From assembly GCA_002189035.1 (NCBI GenBank), contig NEEC01000066.1:1-50036 (forward strand): a DNA stretch of 50,036 nt, given 5' to 3'. The notes beneath the pieces were generated by a model. The model did no database searches. It saw nothing but the letters and a program-made list of their open reading frames with translations, and was not told the DNA's origin. This stretch comes from Utricularia gibba. Lineage: Eukaryota; Plantae; Magnoliophyta. Positions 48,730 through 50,036 of the stretch are shown piece by piece. The position numbers and the translations under genes are program-made. Each line of letters starts with the position of its first letter. Position 1 is the stretch's first letter.

Positions 48730-50036
48730 CTCCATCGCATCCTTCCATGCTCATCATCATTGTTTTTAACACTGGAAGCCCATCTTCTTCTTCCTCTGCA
48801 TCGCTCTCTTCGAACTCCTCTGAGCAGGAATCTGCATCCTCAGGGTTCCACAACCTTCCATCCTTCTTTGCATAAAAGCTTTCATCTCCCAACCTCTGCT
48901 TCCTATTTCAATCGCTGATTGGACAGCTGAATCTGCACAACCATCCAATCGTATCGATTGCAAAGATGAAACATGAGAAAGATGATAGGATTCAGACTGA
49001 ACATCGTGTAGCCAAGCACTGCGAGATCCGAGGGAAAACTTCAAACTCAAAGATTCAAATTTTGCACTTCCTGAATGCCAAATGCTCGTGCTTGGGCAAA
49101 TCCTTAACGCTTCCGATGCCCTTTTCAGAAAATGTTGCATTGCATATGCTCAACCTCCTGATTGAATGATAGAAACGAAATTCATGATGACCCAAACTCC
49201 GAAAAACACGAGAAACATTCATGTCGATATCTTGTTCCAGGATGACTTCATAAACATTCAGCACAAATTTAAACTGTGGCGTCATATTGTGCGAATGTTT
49301 TGCATCAGATATATTTTTTTGAAGGTTGCACAGCAGCTTTCCCGGATAATGACGGCTCGAAAGTTCTAGTGATTTAAAAGAAATGATGTCCTCGACTACT
49401 TCTTGAAAATGTGGAATCTTAACCTCACATCTGAATGAGAAGGTGGGATGCAGCACTCGAGAACGACACTGCTCCCATAATCGAAACAAAAACCTATAGA
49501 GTTTGTACTGCTTGAAGGCATAATAGAACATACTTGGTGGAAGATTCTATCATAGCAAACCATCTTTCTACAGCTTATGGAGGATGCTTCATGAAACTCA
49601 AAAAGATGAATCATGAAACACTCTCACAAATCTAATATCTGAACCCTCTCCCGTGTAAACATTCTCAATAGATGATTTTTACGACATTGCTCAAATAAGA
49701 GATCATGCATTCGAGTGCTTTGATTTTCATATCCCATCAAATTCTCTAACAAAAATCATATTCCTTACCACAAGATCTTTCAAGTAATCAAGTGTAACGT
49801 CTTCAACCCCTCGGCCTTCTTCAGGTTTTACAATCCATGATTGTATCATAGTGTCAACATGAATATGCTGATCTTCACCATAGGATGCAAAGCTAAGAAA
49901 GCATAATTTAAGATAAAGCGGCATGTTATCGTAGCTTAACGACAATATTTTCATGCAACGCCATCTTGTAAACCTACCAATGATATATCTTTTGCAACGT
50001 TCGTCCAAAAATGCAATGTCATTTCAGATCTTGAGA
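48730..50036 (-). pseudogene. NLR-F: 3' half (WHD, MHD, LRR) of a divergent paralog continuing beyond the window
   Basis: LSLSYDNMPLYLKLCFLSF...DYLKDLVVRNMIF, MHDLL at ~49705, LRR ending SLQSIRLDGCADSAVQSAIEI, and an acidic tail DADSCSEEFEESDAEEEED in a shifted frame. Several stops and frameshifts. Confidence 0.85.

Overview
Eukaryotic (flowering plant) nuclear DNA with spliceosomal introns; no rRNA, tRNA or CRISPR seen. About 1-8.6 kb is a compact gene block: a PPR gene, a chimeric pseudogene containing SF3A2 exons, an intact ZNF593/BUD20-like zinc-finger gene with a textbook U12 AT-AC intron, and a CSLA mannan synthase. About 8.9-50 kb is a rapidly evolving, mostly minus-strand cluster of CC-NB-ARC-LRR (NLR) genes resembling asterid R1-type CNLs (clade is inference). 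It is interleaved with foldback/Mutator-like elements, a truncated Ty1/copia element and a UGT fragment. An ~11.55 kb unit is present as two near-identical tandem copies plus a 1.8 kb partial third. The most unusual feature is the NLR architecture: the normally single LRR C-terminal cap module occurs once, twice or three times in different paralogs, followed by acidic tails, one encoded by a (GAA)n microsatellite. Only the paralog at 43352-47060 looks potentially functional. Many single-base frameshifts sit in G/C runs and are corrected in the sister copy, so they are probably consensus errors. Family names are from recall of motifs; no search was run.
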